A DNA stretch of 49,464 nt from an uncultured Methylotenera sp. (GTDB lineage Bacteria; Pseudomonadota; Gammaproteobacteria; Burkholderiales; Methylophilaceae), in NCBI GenBank assembly GCA_964437895.1, contig CAYTIV010000001.1:1-49464 (forward strand), written 5' to 3'. A model generated the notes under the pieces. It searched no databases. It had not been told where the DNA came from and saw only the letters and a list, made by a program, of their open reading frames with translations. Of this stretch, positions 28,299 to 38,294 are shown one piece after another. The position numbers and the translations under genes are program-made. How positions within the stretch are numbered: position 1 is the first letter of the stretch; each line of letters opens with the position of its first letter.

Positions 28299-28353
28299 AA
28301 GATACCCGCCCAGCCTTACAGCAGACTTACGCTTGGCTTGCAGAAAACTTACA
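28299..28353 (-). promoter_or_regulatory. OmpR/PhoB-family-activated promoter: four direct repeats at 11-bp period plus -10
   Basis: CTTACA 28315, CTTACG 28326, CTTGCA 28337, CTTACA 28348; minus-strand TATCTT (28304-28299) lies 10 nt from the proximal box. Confidence 0.65.
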
Positions 28354-28413
28354 ACCCGGAAATCGGAGATGATTGATGTACACTGATATTCCGTACTCAA
28401 GCAGGAACCCCGC

Positions 28414-29091
28414 ATGCGCATACTCATAGTGGAAGATGATCTGGTGATTGCCAACGGCCTGGTGCGCGCACTGACGCAGGCCCAGTATGCGGTTGACCAT
28501 GTCACGGATGGCAAACAGGCGTTGCGCGCCATTAATGATGATGTGTATGACCTGGTGATTCTGGATCTGGGCTTACCCACCCTCGATGGCATGCAGTTGC
28601 TGGCACAACTCAGGCAACAAGCCAATCCAATTGCCGTACTGATTCTGACGGCACGTGAAGACGTGGCCACCCGCGTCGAGGCACTAGACCTGGGCGCAGA
28701 CGATTTTCTCACCAAACCATTTCACCTCGAAGAGCTGGAGGCCAGGGTGCGTGCCCTCATCCGCCGCAGCAAACTGGGCAACAATCTGCCCCTACAATGC
28801 GGCAACCTGAAACTGGACGTTGCCAACAAATTGGCCAGCATCAATGAGCAAGCTATCACCTTGTCGGCACGTGAACTCAATCTGCTGGAGACCCTGATGT
28901 TACGCATGGGCAAGATTATTGCCAAAGAACAGATCATGGAGTCACTGTGCAACTGGGATGAAACGCTGGGGGATAATGCCATCGAGGTGTATGTACACCG
29001 TTTACGCAAAAAGATAGAACCCAGCGGCGCCCATATCCGCACCGTGCGCGGCTTGGGCTACATGCTCGAAGCTGAGCATCCTGCCCCCTAA
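28414..29091 (+). CDS. OmpR-family response regulator (TctD/QseB-like)
   Basis: MRILIVEDD, ILDLGLP, LDLGADDFLTKPF, NAIEVYVHRLRKK, IRTVRGLGY. Confidence 0.92.
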   Translation: MRILIVEDDLVIANGLVRALTQAQYAVDHVTDGKQALRAINDDVYDLVILDLGLPTLDGMQLLAQLRQQANPIAVLILTAREDVATRVEALDLGADDFLTKPFHLEELEARVRALIRRSKLGNNLPLQCGNLKLDVANKLASINEQAITLSARELNLLETLMLRMGKIIAKEQIMESLCNWDETLGDNAIEVYVHRLRKKIEPSGAHIRTVRGLGYMLEAEHPAP

Positions 29092-29103
29092 CCTGACGCG
29101 CAA

Positions 29104-30543
29104 ATGACCCCACGCTCACTCAAAAACCAGCTGCGCACTTGGCTGCTGCTGCCCATGCTCATGGTCTTGGGCGTATCGGCAGCGCTGTCTTATTCGCGCG
29201 CCCTACACTACGCCACCCTCGCCTATGACCAGTCCCTGCTACGCACCGTGTTGGCACTGGCAGACGAGGTGGTGATTGATGAGCATAACGAAGTTAAAAT
29301 CGAGATTCCTGAAGTGGCCAGCCACCTGCTGAGCTATAACGAGGGGGATCGCATTTATATCCGCATCACGGCCCCCAATGGCAAGCTGGTGTTTGGTGAA
29401 GCCACCTTGCCGCTGCCGGCAAAGGCGCCTGCAGGCAATCAGCAAATCTATTACAACAGCCGCTATCACGACGAGCCGATCCGTGCCGTGACGTTTGGCT
29501 TACCTGAGAGCAGTGACCCGCAGGCACGCAACATTCTGATTAGCATGGCAGAAACCACCGGCAAACGTGACGCCATGGTGGCAGAAATGGTGGAGGAAAT
29601 GTTGTTGCCGCAGGTGCTGATGATGCTCCTTGCCGCCATCGTCATCGAGCTGGGTATTTTTTTCGCGCTCAAGCCCATGCAAGATCTGCGCGCCTCACTG
29701 CATGCGCGCTCGCATCGCGACCTGAGTCCGGTGGATACGGCCACCGCGCCGCTAGAGCTGCAACCGATGTTGCAAGCCATGAACGCCCTGCTCGCCCGCG
29801 TTAAAGCGGGGCTGCAACAGCAACAGCAATTTATTGCCGATGCCTCACATCAGCTGCGCACACCGATTGCGGGCCTACAAACGCAGGCCGAGCTCGCCTT
29901 GCGTAGCCAGCCGCCAGAAGCGCTTAAAGAACCGCTGAGTTACATGTTACGCAGCACCATCCGCCTGTCGCATTTGATACAACGCCTGCTCACCATGGCC
30001 AGAACCGATGCGGCCGTCTCACACCTGCAATGTGCCCCCGTCTCACTGACCAACATCATTTCTGAAGAATGTGCGCGCTGGATAGGCGCTGCATCGGACA
30101 AGCAACTAGAGCTGGAAGTCTTGCTGGAGACCACACAGGATCTCGTGCTCGGTGATGCGCTGATGTTGTCTGAAATGCTAAACAACCTGCTGGAAAATGC
30201 GATCCAATACACCCCCGAACAAGGTCTGATTGAAATCCGGCTCTGGCAAAGCGGGCACCATCTGCTGCTACAAGTGGCAGACAGTGGCATTGGTATCCCC
30301 CCCGAACAGCGCGCACGAATCTTTGAACGGTTTCACCGCATCAACCCGAATCAGGGCAATGGTTGTGGCCTCGGGCTCGCCATCGTCGCCGAAATTGCAG
30401 AACAACATCATGCCACGCTCACTGTCACGCCAGGGCTGCCACATCCAGTCAAACCCTGCACAGGCAGTCGATTCACGGTAAAATTCGAGCGCTATGACCC
30501 ATTGTCTGAGAACCCTCGCCCTACAAGCACTGACCCTCAGTGA
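29104..30543 (+). CDS. Sensor histidine kinase (TctE/QseC-like, 2CSK_N sensor domain)
   Basis: Two TMs; AYDQSL; FIADASHQLRTP H-box; NLLENAIQY, DSGIGI, FERFHR, GCGLGL. Confidence 0.9.
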   Translation: MTPRSLKNQLRTWLLLPMLMVLGVSAALSYSRALHYATLAYDQSLLRTVLALADEVVIDEHNEVKIEIPEVASHLLSYNEGDRIYIRITAPNGKLVFGEATLPLPAKAPAGNQQIYYNSRYHDEPIRAVTFGLPESSDPQARNILISMAETTGKRDAMVAEMVEEMLLPQVLMMLLAAIVIELGIFFALKPMQDLRASLHARSHRDLSPVDTATAPLELQPMLQAMNALLARVKAGLQQQQQFIADASHQLRTPIAGLQTQAELALRSQPPEALKEPLSYMLRSTIRLSHLIQRLLTMARTDAAVSHLQCAPVSLTNIISEECARWIGAASDKQLELEVLLETTQDLVLGDALMLSEMLNNLLENAIQYTPEQGLIEIRLWQSGHHLLLQVADSGIGIPPEQRARIFERFHRINPNQGNGCGLGLAIVAEIAEQHHATLTVTPGLPHPVKPCTGSRFTVKFERYDPLSENPRPTSTDPQ

Positions 30544-31309
30544 CCCGCACGACAAATGCACCCAGGTGAACCACCTGTGGCAAGCCTGCGTAGACGGCAA
30601 ATTATCGATAGATGCCACACGCACACTCAGCGCGACTGAACGGTCGATTCCGGGCAGGCCGGAACGGCCTGCACTGGTGCCACCGGGACAGGTACAACGC
30701 CGCGCCATGAATACGGCACCCGGACGTGCAGCCCTCATACACGCCCTCGCCCATATCGAATTCAATGCGATTAATCTCGCGCTGGATGCGGTCTGGCGCT
30801 TTGATGGCATGCCTGAGGATTACTACCGGGACTGGTTACGCGTTGCTAAGGAGGAGGCCTACCATTTTAGCCTGCTACGCGCCCACCTCATTGCACAGGG
30901 CTATGATTACGGCGACTTCAACGGGCATAACAGCCTGTGGGAGATGGTGGAAAAAACCCGCGATGACGTGCTCGCTCGCATGGCCCTGGTGCCGCGCACC
31001 ATGGAGGCGCGCGGCCTGGATGCCACCCCCCCACTTAAAAACAAACTGCTGCAGGCGGGTGATCAAGCCGCCGCCGCGATTCTGGACATCATCCTGCACG
31101 ATGAAGTCGGCCATGTCGCGATTGGCAATCGCTGGTTTCATTATCTGTGTCAGCAACGACAACTGGATGCCGTGGTGGCTTTCCATCAACTATGTGCGCA
31201 ATACCAGGCGCCAAAATTAAAGCCGCCGTTCAACATCCCTGCACGCAAACAGGCGGGGTTCAGCGATCTCGAGCTGGCTTATCTCAATGGTGACATTCTC
31301 CCGTCGTGA
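30494..31309 (+). CDS. Ferritin-like domain protein (DUF455)
   Basis: IPGRPERP, HALAHIEFNAINLALD, EEAYHF, EARGLD, DEVGHVAIG di-iron ExxH motifs. Confidence 0.88.
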   Translation: MTHCLRTLALQALTLSDPHDKCTQVNHLWQACVDGKLSIDATRTLSATERSIPGRPERPALVPPGQVQRRAMNTAPGRAALIHALAHIEFNAINLALDAVWRFDGMPEDYYRDWLRVAKEEAYHFSLLRAHLIAQGYDYGDFNGHNSLWEMVEKTRDDVLARMALVPRTMEARGLDATPPLKNKLLQAGDQAAAAILDIILHDEVGHVAIGNRWFHYLCQQRQLDAVVAFHQLCAQYQAPKLKPPFNIPARKQAGFSDLELAYLNGDILPS

Positions 31310-31468
31310 TGCGAAAGCGCATCATCTGGCCAAACATTGATACAAAACAGATTGATTTCCTGACAAATGTCTTAAATTAGCCATCAAAGTATGTTACAAA
31401 ACCTTTAAGTACAGAGTTTCCAGCACGATCACCGCCAACAACAAAAACTGCGCGAAGGATGTGTTTGC

Positions 31469-34345
31469 ATGCACCTGGTCCATAGACTTGAAGTGATGCT
31501 CAATGAGCTATCTTTGCTATTGAGAAAACATCCCAAGCTGAGCTATCCATTTGCTATTTTAATGGTCGGGCTGGCCCTGTGGGTGCGGCTGTCTATTGCC
31601 CCCATCGATGCGGGCCTGCAATACCTGACATTTTTCCCTGCGGTCGCCCTCGCCGCGCTATTTGGTGGGTTTGAAGCTGGCATGCTCGCCACCCTGTTTG
31701 GCGGTCTATTGGCCACCTATGTATTCGCCCCACCCCATTACAGCTTTTCCGGTGACAAATTACTCCATGAGTCCTTGTGGGCTAACCTGGTCTTTCTGGT
31801 CGATGGCCTGATTGTCTCGTTTGCCATCCGCGCCCTGCAAACCTACCGCTACAAAATGCAGGATGAACAAGCGCGATCTAGTCACCGCGAGCAGGCCTTG
31901 CTCACTTCTGAAAAAAAGCTGGAGTTTGCCATTCACGCCGCACAGGTGGGGCTGTGGGAATGGCATCTAGATACCGGCCTGATGACCCATAATCAACGCT
32001 GGTTTGAACTGATGGATTATCGCCCGGACCAAACAGAGAGCAATCTGGCCGACTGGAAAAAAGCCGTGCATCCCGAGGATTTGGATGAAGCATTGAAGCT
32101 GCGCATAGCGTGTGCCAGTGGTCAGCTCAGCGAGTTTGAATGCATGTATCGTGTGCGGCAAAGTGACGGGCAATACCGCTGGGTGATAGACCGCGGCCAG
32201 GTCATTATCAGCAATGAGGCCGGCAAACCCATGCGCATCAGCGGCTTGATTTTTGATATTCAGGATCAAAAAATCATCGAAGAAAAGCTGGTGGATATTG
32301 AAACCCGGCTGTCTGTCATCGCCAACAATGTCAAAGCCGTGCTCTTCATGAAAGACCTGCACGGTAGATACCTCTACGTCAACAAGGAGTTCGTCCGCCT
32401 GTTCTCAAAGTCCGAACAGGAGGTGATGGGCCAGACCGACTTTGATCTGTTTCCTGCCGCGTATGCCGCTCGCTTTGTCGAAGCTGACCGCAAGATCATG
32501 TTTTCGGGCCACCAGCAGGAGCTGGAAGAAGTGGTACAAATGGCAGATGGCGACCACTACTACTGGTCGGTCAAAATTCCGCTCAAAAATCAGCAGGGTG
32601 ACGTCTATGGTATCTGCGGTATTGCGCACGACATCACCGAAATCAAGCAGCAGACCCACGCGCTCAAAATCGCGTCTATCGCCTTTGAGACTCAGGAGCC
32701 GATAGTCATCACCGACCACACGTTTCACATCGTTCGTGCCAACCATGCGTTTGCGCAGGCACTGGGCTATACCGAGCAAACCCTGATCGGACGCCAAGTG
32801 TTTACCATGATGGCGCGCGCGGAGGCTGAGTTTCCACTACAGCAGTCCAGCCTGCTGGCGCAGTCCGAATCTGGTTGGGCCGGTGAGCTCTCCTGTCAGC
32901 GTCAGGATGGCGTCTGGTTTCCCTCGTATACCACCATCACGCCGGTCAAAGGCAGCGATCAATCCATCACCAACTACGTGGTGGTGCTCAATGATATCTC
33001 TGAGCAAAAAGCCCGTGAAAACCAGATTATGGAGCTGGCCTATTTTGATGCGCTCACTGGCCTGCCCAATCGCCTGCTCATGAACGACAGGCTGAATCAG
33101 GCCATGCTGACCGGCGAACGCGAGCAAGCCTATGGCGCCCTGCTGTTCATCGATATCGACAATTTCAAGTTCATTAACGATACCTACGGCCATGATGTCG
33201 GCGACCAGCTGCTGAAAAAGGCCGCCCACAGAATCCAGCAGTCGGTGCGTAGCGTGGATACTGTGGCCAGATTCGGCGGTGACGAGTTTGTGGTGGTACT
33301 CAAGCGCGTGCACAGGCAACAAAAAGAAGCGGCAGACATCGCGCGCGAGATTGTCAGCCAGATTGTCAGAAACATTGCTGACCCTTATGTGCTGAACGAG
33401 GTCGAGCACCGCACCTCGTGCAGTGTTGGCATTACCTTGTTCAAAGGCAGCCTGCAATCGACCGAAGAACTGATCAAACAGGCAGACATTGCGCTGTTTA
33501 AAGCCAAGCTGGCAGGCAAAAACGGCTTTAGCTTTTACGACATCGAGACTGAGCAAGCCGTGCGTCAGCGGGCGACTCTGGAAAACGACTTGCACCAAGC
33601 ACTGGAAAATCAGCAGTTCGCCCTGTATCTGCAACCACAATTCAACCAGCAAACCCTGATTGGCGCCGAGGTATTGCTACGCTGGAACCACCCGACCCTA
33701 GGCCTGATTCAGCCACTGGAGTTTATTGGCATTGCAGAATCTTCAGGCATGATTGTGCAGATTGGCAGTTGGGTGTTGCGCAGTGCCTGCGAGATTCTGG
33801 CCAGCTGGCAAGACGACCCGGCTTTTGCGTCTTTGCATCTGTCCGTGAATGTCAGTGCCCGGCAATTTGCCGCAGAAGACTTTGTCGGTCACCTGTTAGA
33901 AATCACGCAGTCTATGTCCCTGCGGCCCGGCCAGCTCAAGGTCGAACTCACGGAATCGGTGGCGCTGTCAGACCTCAGCAATACCATACGCAAAATGCTG
34001 CAGCTTAAAAAACATGGCATCCCCTGCTCGCTGGATGACTTCGGCACTGGTTACTCGTCATTGAGCTACCTGAAAAAACTGCCAATCTCCGAAATCAAAC
34101 TGGATAAATCGTTTATTGATGACTTACAGACCGACCATGTTTCGCTGATGATTGCCAAAACCGTGATTCAGCTCTCTAAGGAGCTTGAGCTGGATGTGAT
34201 TGCAGAAGGCGTGGAATCCGCCTCGCAGAAAGAGTTGTTGCAAAGTGTGGACTGCACCCTGTTTCAGGGCTACTACTTTGGCCAGCCCATGCCGCTGGCT
34301 CAATTTGAAACCATGTATCGCCCGCCGGCCATGATGGCCGGCTGA
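31469..34345 (+). CDS. DUF4118-PAS-PAS-PAS-GGDEF-EAL diguanylate cyclase/phosphodiesterase
   Basis: N-terminal TMs; PAS repeats; DALTGLPNR, RSVD I-site, RFGGDEF; EVLLRW, DDFGTGYSSL, AEGVE, QGY. Confidence 0.92.
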   Translation: MHLVHRLEVMLNELSLLLRKHPKLSYPFAILMVGLALWVRLSIAPIDAGLQYLTFFPAVALAALFGGFEAGMLATLFGGLLATYVFAPPHYSFSGDKLLHESLWANLVFLVDGLIVSFAIRALQTYRYKMQDEQARSSHREQALLTSEKKLEFAIHAAQVGLWEWHLDTGLMTHNQRWFELMDYRPDQTESNLADWKKAVHPEDLDEALKLRIACASGQLSEFECMYRVRQSDGQYRWVIDRGQVIISNEAGKPMRISGLIFDIQDQKIIEEKLVDIETRLSVIANNVKAVLFMKDLHGRYLYVNKEFVRLFSKSEQEVMGQTDFDLFPAAYAARFVEADRKIMFSGHQQELEEVVQMADGDHYYWSVKIPLKNQQGDVYGICGIAHDITEIKQQTHALKIASIAFETQEPIVITDHTFHIVRANHAFAQALGYTEQTLIGRQVFTMMARAEAEFPLQQSSLLAQSESGWAGELSCQRQDGVWFPSYTTITPVKGSDQSITNYVVVLNDISEQKARENQIMELAYFDALTGLPNRLLMNDRLNQAMLTGEREQAYGALLFIDIDNFKFINDTYGHDVGDQLLKKAAHRIQQSVRSVDTVARFGGDEFVVVLKRVHRQQKEAADIAREIVSQIVRNIADPYVLNEVEHRTSCSVGITLFKGSLQSTEELIKQADIALFKAKLAGKNGFSFYDIETEQAVRQRATLENDLHQALENQQFALYLQPQFNQQTLIGAEVLLRWNHPTLGLIQPLEFIGIAESSGMIVQIGSWVLRSACEILASWQDDPAFASLHLSVNVSARQFAAEDFVGHLLEITQSMSLRPGQLKVELTESVALSDLSNTIRKMLQLKKHGIPCSLDDFGTGYSSLSYLKKLPISEIKLDKSFIDDLQTDHVSLMIAKTVIQLSKELELDVIAEGVESASQKELLQSVDCTLFQGYYFGQPMPLAQFETMYRPPAMMAG

Positions 34346-34354
34346 GTGCCAGGC

Positions 34355-35194
34355 TTAGACCGTGAGCAGGTGCGTGACACCATCCAGGCCAGCCACATTC
34401 AGCGCATACATAGCTTGCTGCTGCACAACCGGCTTGGCATGGTAAGCCACACCGACTGCCGCCACCGCCATCATTTTCAGATCATTGGCCCCATCACCGA
34501 TGGCAATGGTCTGACTCGCCTGCAAGCCCAGTGCATCGCGCAGCTTGACTAACTCATCGGCCTTGCGCTGCGCATCCACAATCTCGCCCAGCACCTGGCC
34601 TGTCAGTTGCCCATCTACAATTTCTAATGTATTGGACACCGCATAATCCAGCCCCAACGTTTCTTTGACGTGATTGGCAAAAAAGGTAAAGCCGCCAGAG
34701 ACGACCATGGTTTTGATACCGTGCTGCTTGCAGCTCGCGATCCAGGCCTGCGCGCCCGGGTTGAAGCGTAAACGCTCCTCAACCACGCGCTGCAACGCAC
34801 TGGCGGGTAGGCCTTTGAGCAAGGCCACGCGCTTGCGCAGGCTGGCCGCAAAATCGAGCTCGCCACGCATGGCGGCCTCAGTGATCTCGGCCACCTGGGG
34901 CTTGAGATTCATCATGTCAGCAATCTCGTCTATGCACTCGATCGAGATCAGCGTCGAATCCATGTCCATCACACACAAGCCCATCTGCTGCAAGCGATGC
35001 TGATCCTGCACCAATGCGGCGTCGATCTGCTGTTCGGCACAAAAAGCCATCACAGCCTCATAAGCACCGTCAGCCACGGGCAGGTAATAGGCATGTTCTG
35101 CCACCTGCGTGAACTGGGCGTGCCCCCCCACCAGACCATGGATATGAGAAAGATGCGCCATGGAAATGGCTGGTCCCTGAACGACTAAACGCAT
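34355..35194 (-). CDS. serB: Phosphoserine phosphatase
   Basis: MDMDSTLI, ECIDE, VSGGF, GDGANDL HAD motifs. Confidence 0.95.
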   Translation of the reverse strand: MRLVVQGPAISMAHLSHIHGLVGGHAQFTQVAEHAYYLPVADGAYEAVMAFCAEQQIDAALVQDQHRLQQMGLCVMDMDSTLISIECIDEIADMMNLKPQVAEITEAAMRGELDFAASLRKRVALLKGLPASALQRVVEERLRFNPGAQAWIASCKQHGIKTMVVSGGFTFFANHVKETLGLDYAVSNTLEIVDGQLTGQVLGEIVDAQRKADELVKLRDALGLQASQTIAIGDGANDLKMMAVAAVGVAYHAKPVVQQQAMYALNVAGLDGVTHLLTV

Positions 35195-35338
35195 GATAAC
35201 AACCGCAGTGTGAACAAAACGGCGATTATACCGGAACCCACAAACGCTGAGTACAGGCGGTTTTTAGGGAGTATTTGCGTTTTTAAATTGCCAGGGCCGA
35301 TGGTATGCTTGCTGCAAACTAAACACTCCGGGGAACCT

Positions 35339-36109
35339 ATGAAACAATCAACTGGCGCTTTACCATGGCTTAACCTACCCAATCTGCCCTTGCCGCTCAA
35401 GGCCTTGTTCATCGGCTATCTGCTGGTGGTCGGCGTGGGGCTGTGCATGGCGGGCCTGCAAATCATGCTGACGCATGGCATGGCCGATGGCAAATTCGGC
35501 CTGTCCGTAGATGACATTGTCTACAGCTATTACGGTGACCGTAGCGGTACTAAACTGGCCAGCAAACTCAATGGTTCCATGTCAGACAAAGCGCCTATTC
35601 AGGTGCGCGAAGACATCATCAAGTGGGCGCAACAAGGTGCGCCCGAAGACCAGTGGGAGTCTCATTACAAACAGGTATTTGCGCAACACTGTATCGTCTG
35701 CCACAGCAACATTCCAGGCATCCCCAACTTTACCAAGTATGAGGAGGTCAAATCACGGGCAGAGGTCAATGACGGCGCTACCATCAGTGGCCTGACCCGC
35801 GTATCGCACATCCACTTGTTTGGCATCAGTTTTATTTTCTTTTTTATTGGCCTGATTTTCAGCTTTGCCGTCAATGTGCCCAAAGCAGCCAAAATCGTGG
35901 CAATTGCGTTCCCGTTTGCCTTCCTGATCATGGACGTCATGTCATGGTGGCTGACCAAGCTCTCACCGCATTTTGCCTGGCTCACCATCATCGGCGGCAT
36001 AGGCTACAGTTTCGCCTCCTGCTATATGTGGGTGGTGAGCATGTACCAGATGCTGGTGCTGTCGCGTCAGGACAAAATTTACGGTAATGCCTGGGAACAG
36101 GATTTGTAA
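35339..36109 (+). CDS. Uncharacterised membrane protein with a c-type heme motif
   Basis: Likely start 35339 (MKQSTG); N-terminal TM, soluble loop with CIVCH, then SHIHLFG and three TMs. Confidence 0.75.
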   Translation: MKQSTGALPWLNLPNLPLPLKALFIGYLLVVGVGLCMAGLQIMLTHGMADGKFGLSVDDIVYSYYGDRSGTKLASKLNGSMSDKAPIQVREDIIKWAQQGAPEDQWESHYKQVFAQHCIVCHSNIPGIPNFTKYEEVKSRAEVNDGATISGLTRVSHIHLFGISFIFFFIGLIFSFAVNVPKAAKIVAIAFPFAFLIMDVMSWWLTKLSPHFAWLTIIGGIGYSFASCYMWVVSMYQMLVLSRQDKIYGNAWEQDL

Positions 36110-36125
36110 GCTGATCCTGATCATG

Positions 36126-36153
36126 AAAAACCGCACTTCTGTGCGGTTTTTTT
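36126..36153 (+). terminator. Intrinsic terminator
   Basis: AAAAACCGCAC-TTCT-GTGCGGTTTTTTT. Confidence 0.88.
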
Positions 36154-36223
36154 GTTTGTAGTCTAGCCTTGCAGGGGTATTTGCGCGAAAATAGACCCTT
36201 AACCACACACTCCGTCTAATTTC

Positions 36224-37393
36224 ATGAATCTGCACGAATATCAGGCCAAACAGTTACTGCAAAAGTACGGTTTGGCGACGCCGACCGGTCTGGTCGTTCA
36301 ATCCGAAGAAGCCGCCGCAGCCGCCACCAAAGAACTGGGTGGCGAAGCTTGGGTAGTCAAGGCACAGGTCCACGCGGGTGGCCGCGGCAAAGCTGGCGGC
36401 GTCAAGGTCGTCAAGTCTGCGCTGGAAGCGCAAACGGTGGCTGGCAGCCTACTCGGCAAACATCTGGTGACTTATCAGAACGCGCCTGATGGCCAGCCTG
36501 TGCATCAGGTACTGGTCGAGCAGACCTTGCCGATTGCCCGCGAGTTATACCTCTCCATGTTGGTAGACCGTACACTGGAACGCGTGGTCATGGTGGCCTC
36601 TAGCGCTGGCGGCATGGATATTGAAGAGATTGCAGCCACCCAGCCAGAAAAAATCCTGCAGGAAGTCTGTGACCCGCTGAATGGCCTGGTCGACTATCAG
36701 GCACGTAACCTGGCGTTTGGCTTGGGCTTGAGCGGCGACCAGATCGCAGCCTTCAGCAAACTGGCCAAAGGCCTGTACAAATTATTCAAAGACAACGACC
36801 TGTCATTGCTGGAAATCAATCCGCTGATTGTCACGGCCGATGGCAAGCTGGTGGCACTGGATTGTAAGATGACCGTGGATGACAACGCGCTGTATCGTCA
36901 AAAGCCGTTTGCCGAAATCCGTGACTGGTCACAGGACGATGCAAAGGAAGCCGAAGCGCATCACAGTGGCCTCAACTATATTGCACTGAATGGCAATATC
37001 GGCTGTATGGTCAACGGCGCGGGCTTGGCCATGGCGACGATGGATCTGATCAAACTGCATGGCGGCATGCCAGCCAACTTCCTCGATGTCGGTGGCGGCG
37101 CGACCGCGGAAACCGTGACCAAGGCCTTTAAGATTATTCTGGCAGACAGCAATGTCAAAGCCATTCTGGTCAATATTTTTGGCGGCATCATGCGTTGCGA
37201 CATCATTGCAACTGGCATCATCACCGCGGTGAGAGAAGTGGGCATGACCATTCCGGTCGTGGTGCGTCTCGAAGGCACTAATGTCGAACTCGGCAAGCAG
37301 ATGCTGCGCGATAGCGGCTTGAACATTATTTCTGCCGAGGGGCTGACAGATGCAGCCCAGCAGGCAGTGAACGCAGTCAGTAAAGGTGTGTAG
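36224..37393 (+). CDS. sucC: Succinyl-CoA synthetase beta subunit
   Basis: [48 protein letters not shown]. Confidence 0.97.
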   Translation: MNLHEYQAKQLLQKYGLATPTGLVVQSEEAAAAATKELGGEAWVVKAQVHAGGRGKAGGVKVVKSALEAQTVAGSLLGKHLVTYQNAPDGQPVHQVLVEQTLPIARELYLSMLVDRTLERVVMVASSAGGMDIEEIAATQPEKILQEVCDPLNGLVDYQARNLAFGLGLSGDQIAAFSKLAKGLYKLFKDNDLSLLEINPLIVTADGKLVALDCKMTVDDNALYRQKPFAEIRDWSQDDAKEAEAHHSGLNYIALNGNIGCMVNGAGLAMATMDLIKLHGGMPANFLDVGGGATAETVTKAFKIILADSNVKAILVNIFGGIMRCDIIATGIITAVREVGMTIPVVVRLEGTNVELGKQMLRDSGLNIISAEGLTDAAQQAVNAVSKGV

Positions 37394-37395
37394 TC

Positions 37396-38280
37396 ATGGC
37401 AATTTTAGTGGATAAAAATACCAAGGTATTGTGCCAAGGCTTTACCGGAAAACAAGGCACCTTTCACTCGGAACAGGCGCTGGCCTATGGCACGCAAATG
37501 GTCGGTGGCGTCACGCCAGGTAAAGGCGGCCAACGCCATCTTGACCTGCCCGTGTTCAACACCATGCGTGAGGCAGTCAAAGCCACACAGGCCAATGCCA
37601 GTGTGATCTATGTACCTCCACCGTTTGCCGCAGACTCCATTTTAGAAGCGGCAGATGCCGGCATTGAATTGATCGTCTGCATTACCGAAGGGATTCCTGC
37701 GCTAGACATGCTCAACGTCAAGGCGGCACTGCGCGCCAACGGCACCAAGCTGATTGGCCCCAACTGCCCGGGCGTGATTACCCCAGGCGAATGCAAAATT
37801 GGCATCATGCCAGGCAGCATACACCAGCGTGGCAAAGTGGGCGTGGTGTCTCGTTCCGGCACCCTCACCTACGAAGCCGTGCACCAAACGACAGCCTTGG
37901 GTTTGGGGCAAACCACCTGCGTCGGCATCGGTGGCGACCCCATCAAAGGCTTGAACTTTATCGAGTGTTTGCAACTGTTTGAAAACGACCCAGAAACGGA
38001 AGCCATCATCATGGTGGGTGAGATTGGTGGTAGTGACGAAGAAGCCGCGGCAGACTACATCAAACACCATGTCAGCAAGCCAGTCGCGGCCTATATTGCT
38101 GGTCTGACGGCGCCCAAAGGCAAACGCATGGGCCATGCTGGCGCCATCATCTCTGGCGGCTCTGGCCGCGCTGAAGACAAGATCGCTGCGCTGGAAGCCG
38201 CAGGCTGTGTCGTCGCGGACTCCCCGGCCGGGCTGGGTGAAGCCGTGCTCGCCGCCATCCAGAAACATGCGACAACCTGA
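37396..38280 (+). CDS. sucD: Succinyl-CoA synthetase alpha subunit
   Basis: [34 protein letters not shown]. Confidence 0.97.
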   Translation: MAILVDKNTKVLCQGFTGKQGTFHSEQALAYGTQMVGGVTPGKGGQRHLDLPVFNTMREAVKATQANASVIYVPPPFAADSILEAADAGIELIVCITEGIPALDMLNVKAALRANGTKLIGPNCPGVITPGECKIGIMPGSIHQRGKVGVVSRSGTLTYEAVHQTTALGLGQTTCVGIGGDPIKGLNFIECLQLFENDPETEAIIMVGEIGGSDEEAAADYIKHHVSKPVAAYIAGLTAPKGKRMGHAGAIISGGSGRAEDKIAALEAAGCVVADSPAGLGEAVLAAIQKHATT

Positions 38281-38294
38281 GTAAAGGACACGGC

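Noticed and set aside
28076-28300. 74-aa ORF as called in the track (MLTWTTQ...)
   Set aside because: TTG start overlaps the predicted -10 and has no RBS; the strong RBS/ATG is at 28266 in another frame, so only the 3' part is thought to be coding
28142-28372. 76-aa + strand ORF upstream of the response regulator
   Set aside because: No RBS or recognisable features; overlaps the repeat boxes and the better-supported minus-strand unit
31335-31400. FNR-like sites upstream of the diguanylate cyclase
   Set aside because: TTGAT half-sites lack a properly spaced ATCAA partner
32837-33652. 271-aa antisense ORF inside the GGDEF/EAL gene
   Set aside because: Shadow ORF of a well-supported gene; no motifs
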